A stretch of 32,000 nucleotides of DNA from assembly GCF_000016745.1 (NCBI RefSeq), contig NC_009483.1:2670001-2702000 (forward strand), written 5' to 3'. Position numbers and translations under genes: made by a program. Positions 27,490 through 32,000 of the stretch are shown here, piece after piece. Each line of letters starts with the position of its first letter. Positions within the stretch are counted from its first letter, which is position 1. Origin of the DNA: Geotalea uraniireducens Rf4. GTDB taxonomy: Bacteria; Desulfobacterota; Desulfuromonadia; Geobacterales; Geobacteraceae. Under the pieces are notes generated by a model. It had not been told where the DNA came from and searched no databases. It was given only the letters and a program-made list of their open reading frames with translations.

Positions 27490-27524
27490 GCCAGATTGGT
27501 TTCGGCCCCGGCTATTTTTGTTTT
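27473..27524 (+). terminator. Terminator overlapping the 3' strand of aptamer copy 4
   Basis: AGCCGGGTTGCCGAAA-tgccagattgg-TTTCGGC-CCCGGCT is followed by ATTTTTGTTTT. Its 5' arm is the aptamer's conserved 3' segment. Confidence 0.65.
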
Positions 27525-27623
27525 GGCGATTCGAATCACATAAAACCATCATCACATCAGCCTCTTCATCTTTTTGAAGCGTTGGACGCAGCACCATGCC
27601 ATCAATGGTGAAAAGGAGTACAT

Positions 27624-28574
27624 ATGAAGAAACGTTTAGGCCCATTTTTTGTGATTTTTTCAGCAGTTTATTTTTTCTGGGTCAACCCGGGTGTTGCCGG
27701 CACAACTCTCTTCCAGGAAAGTTTTGAAGATGGGAATTTCAGCACGAGAGGCTGGTACGATAATACCAGCCCGAAACTGTCCAGTGTGGAACATGTGGCC
27801 AACAGCGCCAAGTCCCTGGAATTTCATTTTGCAAAAGGCGCCGTCACTCCCGATAATGCCGGTGCGTCGATAAGAAAAAAGTTTACCGAAAGCGACTCGG
27901 TGTATGTCAGCTATTACATAAAACACAGCGCAAGCTGGGTGGGATCGGGCGTGGCGTACCATCCGCACCAGTTTTACCTTCTGACCAATCTTGAGGGCGA
28001 CTGGTCGGGACTGATCCCTACGCACATGACGGCCTACATCGAGGAAAATGGCGGGAACTCGGTCGTGGCCATCCAGGACAGCTTGAACGTCAATCTGGCG
28101 AACGTGGGCAAGGATTTGACCGCAGTCACCGAGAACCGGGCGATCGGTGGATGCAACGGAGACAGTGACGGCTACGGCAATGGGGATTGCTATGCCAGCG
28201 GCAGCGGCTATGCCAATGGCAAGCAGTGGAAGTCGGGCACAGCGCTCTTCTCCAACACCGCCGGTGCGTATTACAAAAACGACTGGCACCTGGTCGAAAC
28301 CTACCTCAAGCTGAACAGTATCGTCAATGGCAAAGGCGCCAAGGATGGCATTCTGCAGCAATGGTATGACGGAAAACAGGTTATGAACTACACCAATGTC
28401 GTCTTCCGTACCGCGCAGAATCCGAACATGAAATTCAATCAGCTTCTGATTGGTCCCTATATCGGCGTAGGCTCGCCGGTAGATCAGACCTTCTGGGTGG
28501 ACAACCTGGTGGTGGCGACAACACCCCCCGTCAAAATTTCACCTCCGCAAAACCTGAGGATCATAAGTCGATAG
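27624..28574 (+). CDS. Secreted beta-rich protein, ConA-like/jelly-roll fold guess (possible polysaccharide lyase/hydrolase-like)
   Basis: 316 aa with an AGGAG RBS and signal peptide MKKRLGPFFVIFSAVYFFWVNPGVAG. It is a distant paralog of the next ORF (shared W..E.YLKL...G....W..GK.V ... VD..V..T..P). The functional call is weak. Confidence 0.6.
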   Translation: MKKRLGPFFVIFSAVYFFWVNPGVAGTTLFQESFEDGNFSTRGWYDNTSPKLSSVEHVANSAKSLEFHFAKGAVTPDNAGASIRKKFTESDSVYVSYYIKHSASWVGSGVAYHPHQFYLLTNLEGDWSGLIPTHMTAYIEENGGNSVVAIQDSLNVNLANVGKDLTAVTENRAIGGCNGDSDGYGNGDCYASGSGYANGKQWKSGTALFSNTAGAYYKNDWHLVETYLKLNSIVNGKGAKDGILQQWYDGKQVMNYTNVVFRTAQNPNMKFNQLLIGPYIGVGSPVDQTFWVDNLVVATTPPVKISPPQNLRIISR

Positions 28575-28633
28575 TTTAAAATCATTCCATAGAAAGCCCT
28601 GGAATGTACCAAACGTGCTGTAAAGGAGAATGT

Positions 28634-29458
28634 ATGATAGCTGGAACCAGAAAAATGGTAACTGTACTTGTATCGATAGCATGCCTGAGTGTTGCGGGTC
28701 AGGCATTTGCATGGACGAAGACCGTAAATTTTGATAACGGAACGAATGGGGCTCTTGCAAATGGCGCCGTTGGTTTTGACTACGCCGGCAGCAAGACGAC
28801 CATCTCCGGCGATATGGCTGTCAGTGGCGCCAAGTCGGCTAAAATGGTCTGGGCCAAAGGTGACCCCGGCTGGAACCTTCAGCATGGCGAGATCAACTTC
28901 CCCGCACCGGTAAAAAATGGCGGAGAGGTGTGGATCAGGGGCTACTACTATTTTGCGAATCCCTGGAGCTTTCTTTCCAACAACGGCGATTACAGCGGCA
29001 TAAAAATCATGCGGCTGGCTACGGATGTTGGCGGTTGGCACTCAATTTTCTCGGTGTTCAGTCCGAACATTAGCGCTTCCAACGAAATGGAGCAGGTACA
29101 GATAGATACAAGCGCGCCCTTTATTATCGGCGCCTGGCAAAGCCTGGAGATGTATCTGAAGCTGTCTCCCACCCAGGGGATATTCAGGATCTGGCAGAAC
29201 GGCAAACTGGTCTTTGAGGACCTCAATCACAAAACCATTACCAGCTCAAACGGATACGTTTCAATGGCGTCGGTCATGTCCGTATGGAACAATAACGTCG
29301 GACAGTCGCAGACTCAGTACGTGGACGAGTTCGTCATCACCACCGACCGCCCTGCCCAGGTGGACAGCAAGGGCAATCCGATGATCGGGCCGATTAATGG
29401 CACGAGTCCGGCCACTCTCCCCCCTCCTACCGGCCTGCGAGTAACAGCCACTAAATAG
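28634..29458 (+). CDS. Secreted beta-rich protein, paralog of 27624-28574
   Basis: The start is placed at ATG 28634, after AGGAG at 28624-28628. Signal peptide MIAGTRKMVTVLVSIACLSVAGQAFA. Same C-terminal architecture as the preceding ORF. The ORF track starts at 28604. Confidence 0.6.
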   Translation: MIAGTRKMVTVLVSIACLSVAGQAFAWTKTVNFDNGTNGALANGAVGFDYAGSKTTISGDMAVSGAKSAKMVWAKGDPGWNLQHGEINFPAPVKNGGEVWIRGYYYFANPWSFLSNNGDYSGIKIMRLATDVGGWHSIFSVFSPNISASNEMEQVQIDTSAPFIIGAWQSLEMYLKLSPTQGIFRIWQNGKLVFEDLNHKTITSSNGYVSMASVMSVWNNNVGQSQTQYVDEFVITTDRPAQVDSKGNPMIGPINGTSPATLPPPTGLRVTATK

Positions 29459-29462
29459 TCTC

Positions 29463-29487
29463 CATCCGGAAACTCCGGATGAGAAAC
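29463..29487 (+). repeat. REP-like hairpin, same family and orientation as 27295-27329
   Basis: CATCCGG-aaac-TCCGGATG-AGAAAC, compared with TCATCCGG-gggt-TCCGGATGA-AAC at 27303-27326. Further GTTTC..GAAAC modules lie at about 29494-29509 and 29611-29626. Confidence 0.5.
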
Positions 29488-29677
29488 TATTGGTTTCTGA
29501 TCCGGAAACGAGGGATTTTTCGTCCTGGCAAGGAAATCAAGGGATTGCGCGGAGGCGTACTACTGTACGCCGCACAAGTAATCCCGCAGATTGACGCCGC
29601 CAGGGCGGAAAAGAACCGTTTCCGGACGGAAACTAAGTAACATTCCTGGTTCCAGAGGGAAGGCAAACGAAATAAGA

Positions 29678-29731
29678 GAGCGCTCAAGTGTAAGGTCGCC
29701 TGTGGACCCGACTCTTGAGCGCTCATTTTTT
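29678..29731. terminator. Bidirectional terminator between convergent units
   Basis: GAGCGCTCAAG (29678-29688) ... CTTGAGCGCTC (29714-29724), with ATTTTTT on the plus strand and TCTTATTTCGTTT on the minus strand. The loop is about 25 nt. Confidence 0.55.
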
Positions 29732-29761
29732 GTACATTCAGATTCTTTTCATCCCAATGCT

Positions 29762-30745
29762 TCAACCTGAAGCTCGCACTGGTCTTCTAACAGTGAGGGA
29801 TTGAATGACAACATCGACCATGGATACTGTGCGTGCAGTAATATAGACCATGTAGAGGAAAACGGCGCCCAAAAAGCCGGAACTGAGCTTGCCGCGATAT
29901 CTGTGGATAGCGGCAGCCAGTGATACGCAGGCAAGAAATAGAACATAGGCGCCGGCAAAAGCCCACCAGGGCTGCGGGCAGCTGACAATGCCTATTGTGC
30001 AGGTAACCGCCATGCATAGGTTTGCAAGGCTTAATAGCGCGGGTTTTGAGGATGCAAGCGTCTTGACTGACCGGTAATCCCCTCTGCCATGCCACCGTTC
30101 TCTGGCAAAAAATCGCTTTACACTCTTGGGATATCCCGCATGCACCACTCTCAGGCCAGGATCGTTTTCGATCCGAGCTCCCATCGTCCTTGCCCGGGCG
30201 CAAAATTCGCAGTCCTCGCCGGTCTCCAACTTGGGATCGAATCCTCCTACCGTCGAGAACAGGCTCCGATGGATGATCAGATGCCCGCCATTGATGTAAT
30301 TGATCTGTGTGCGGGTTGTCCGGGGGGCGAACCAGATCCTCTCGATCCAGTTGCTTTCATCGCTGATCCCGTAGAGGGAGCCGGTGATGATATCCGGCTC
30401 AAGATGCAACCTGGCGATGACCGCCCCTATCCGTTCACCCCAGCCCTGTCCCAGGTAAACGTCGGCGTCCAGAAAAATAAGGACACCCGCACCGGCCCGG
30501 GACGCCCCCAGGTTCCTCAGGGACGAGATCGTGCAGCCGGGAGCACGGAGACAAATCGCCCCTTTCTCCACGGCAATCTCCACGGTACGGTCGCTGGAAC
30601 CGTTGTCGACCACGATCACCTCAAAGCTGAAACCATGCCCGGCATGCTCCCTGACGGTATCCAGCACGCCGCCGATATGCGCCTCCTCGTTGAGCGTGGG
30701 GAGAATGAAGGCAATATCCCTGGTCGCAAAATCTTGTAGAGTCAT
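29762..30745 (-). CDS. Family-2 glycosyltransferase with C-terminal TM helices
   Basis: Contains FILPTLNEEAHIG...VIVVDNGSSDRT...FLDADV, followed by hydrophobic C-terminal segments. The start ATG at 30743-30745 forms an ATGA overlap with the upstream stop. The ORF track extends to 30772. Confidence 0.8.
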   Translation of the reverse strand: MTLQDFATRDIAFILPTLNEEAHIGGVLDTVREHAGHGFSFEVIVVDNGSSDRTVEIAVEKGAICLRAPGCTISSLRNLGASRAGAGVLIFLDADVYLGQGWGERIGAVIARLHLEPDIITGSLYGISDESNWIERIWFAPRTTRTQINYINGGHLIIHRSLFSTVGGFDPKLETGEDCEFCARARTMGARIENDPGLRVVHAGYPKSVKRFFARERWHGRGDYRSVKTLASSKPALLSLANLCMAVTCTIGIVSCPQPWWAFAGAYVLFLACVSLAAAIHRYRGKLSSGFLGAVFLYMVYITARTVSMVDVVIQSLTVRRPVRASG

Positions 30746-31917
30746 GATCGGTCCGTGTGTTCCGCAGGGCACATTACCGCCTGGATCGCCTCGACCACCC
30801 GCGGCCAGGTAAACCGTTCCAGCACCCGCTCCCTGGCGCGATGGCCCATCGCCGTCCTGGCATCCGGCCGGCTGTAAAAGTCCACTATCAGCTCGGCTAT
30901 CCGCTGGTGGTCCCCCGGCTCCACGATATAGCCGGTCTCGCCATCGGCGATGATCTCGGGCATCGCGTTAAGACTGGTGCCCACGCAGACCAGCCCCTGC
31001 GTCATCGCCTCGAGAAATACAAAACCGAACGAATCGCAGCGGGATGGAAGCAGGAACAGGTCGGCGCTGCGATAGAGTTTCAGCAACTCCTCCCGGTCCG
31101 TAACCGCACCGATATAGCGGATACCCTCCTGGTCCATGGCCGTGGAATGGTTCGGCCCCACGATCACCAGTTCGAGATCGGGCAGACGTTTGCGTGCCGA
31201 CGAAAAGGCCTTGAGGACATCCGGACCGCCTTTGAGATCGAAGGTGTAACCGACAAACAGACATCTGTTGGCAGGTGAATCGGGCAGGTTCAGGCGCATG
31301 TTCCTGATGAAGAAGTCATCGACCCCCATGCTGACGACCGTGATACGATCGGCCGGAATGCCGTAGTCTGCTATCAGGTGCCGGCGAACAAAATCCGAGG
31401 CCACGAAGATATGTTCCGCGCCGGCATACAGGCGCTGTTCGAGTTCGACGAATTCCTCCCGCTGGTCGTTCTCCGGGACCCATTTGGAATAACCATCCCG
31501 AAAGGCCAGTTTCATCGTATAGGTGAAAAACAGGAAGTATTCCATGCCGGCTGCATCGGGATGCGGCGCATACAGCCCCCCGATCTGGAGGATCTTGTCA
31601 TGCGGCCGGCGAACACGGTCAAGCAGAAGACCGTTGAGCCGGGTGTTCCGTTTCCAGCCGGCGACCGAATAGGTGCCCAGCATCGAGCGCCGATGCGACC
31701 ACCTTTTCCGATCGGGATGGAACGATTCGAGCAGGATGCGAATCTTCGGCAACAGGCACTTCTTCGCATCGATGATCATCATCCGGTGACCAAGATCCGC
31801 CAGGGCATCCCGCAGGTAGATCGGCAGGCCGGATGAAGAATCCTCCTGGCAAACCATGTGAATAGTGGCCATATGCACTCCGTTCCCTGGCGGGTGTTTG
31901 AGACCGCCAGCGGTCAT
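30742..31917 (-). CDS. Glycosyltransferase family 4
   Basis: 391 aa. Contains SRCDSFGFVFLEAMTQGLVCVGTSLNAMPEIIADGETGYIV (E-x7-E). The ATG at 31917 forms an ATGA overlap with the preceding ORF's stop. The alternative internal start is MATIHM at 31872. Confidence 0.8.
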   Translation of the reverse strand: MTAGGLKHPPGNGVHMATIHMVCQEDSSSGLPIYLRDALADLGHRMMIIDAKKCLLPKIRILLESFHPDRKRWSHRRSMLGTYSVAGWKRNTRLNGLLLDRVRRPHDKILQIGGLYAPHPDAAGMEYFLFFTYTMKLAFRDGYSKWVPENDQREEFVELEQRLYAGAEHIFVASDFVRRHLIADYGIPADRITVVSMGVDDFFIRNMRLNLPDSPANRCLFVGYTFDLKGGPDVLKAFSSARKRLPDLELVIVGPNHSTAMDQEGIRYIGAVTDREELLKLYRSADLFLLPSRCDSFGFVFLEAMTQGLVCVGTSLNAMPEIIADGETGYIVEPGDHQRIAELIVDFYSRPDARTAMGHRARERVLERFTWPRVVEAIQAVMCPAEHTDRS

Positions 31918-32000
31918 TTCCTGGGTGACAACCCCAGCAACGCTCCGACATATGCCCGGGCTTCCGCGGCAAACGGGTTCGGGTCTTGCGGATCGTATAC
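31914..32000 (-). CDS. C-terminal 28 codons of an upstream operon gene (unknown product)
   Basis: My own minus-strand translation gives VYDPQDPNPFAAEARAYVGALLGLSPRK*, in frame to the window edge. Its stop is coupled to the next start. Confidence 0.4.
   Translation of the reverse strand, partial: VYDPQDPNPFAAEARAYVGALLGLSPRK

Noticed and set aside
20399-29458. A search for PEP-CTERM sorting signals (PEP motif plus TM helix plus Arg-rich tail) in the four secreted proteins next to prsKR
   Set aside because: None of the C-termini shows it. They end in a dockerin-like module, an Ig domain, or a short PPxxLR tail.
1-32000. tRNA, rRNA or tmRNA genes
   Set aside because: No cloverleaf-like or rRNA-like sequence was recognised in any intergenic region by eye. 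This cannot be excluded without tRNAscan-SE or Infernal.

Overview
The window splits into two parts. Positions 1-14.1 kb are a minus-strand housekeeping block: ugd (partial), rsmA, tsaD, PIN-PhoH ATPase, a lipoprotein, a class-V aminotransferase, a DHH phosphoesterase, a small zinc-ribbon ORF, comEA-like, cimA, aspartate kinase, tsaE, a CBS protein, nnr and acpS. The cimA-aspartokinase adjacency and the overall gene set suggest a Geobacter-like Desulfuromonadales genome, though this is only an inference. Positions 14.2-32 kb are an accessory cell-surface/exopolysaccharide region. It holds a Crp/Fnr-family regulator and a PrsK/PrsR-like (PEP-CTERM-type) histidine kinase plus sigma-54 activator pair. 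It also holds an intact ISL3-family IS with 8-bp target duplications, inserted into a MITE-like palindromic element. Further genes are two paralogous secreted FN3/Ig-repeat proteins (one with a dockerin-like C-terminus), four glycosyltransferases (GT4, membrane GT2, membrane GT2, GT4) and two secreted jelly-roll-like proteins. The most interesting signal is non-coding. Three intact copies and one degenerate copy of a roughly 81-nt element match the conserved core of the c-di-GMP-I (GEMM-I) riboswitch class. Each intact copy has a TGTGA-N6-TCAC(A/T) CRP-type box exactly 21 nt upstream of a TATAAC/TATACA -10 hexamer (class-II spacing) and is followed by an intrinsic terminator. The Crp-like gene in the window has the CRP-type R-E-x-x-x-R recognition helix but lacks the cyclic-nucleotide phosphate-binding Arg. 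It is itself preceded by a good sigma-54 -24/-12 element just downstream of prsR. Together these suggest a layered cascade: PrsK/R and sigma-54, then the Crp-like factor, then class-II promoters gated by cyclic-dinucleotide riboswitches, then secreted matrix proteins. This cascade is inference from sequence only. No rRNA, tRNA or CRISPR array was seen.
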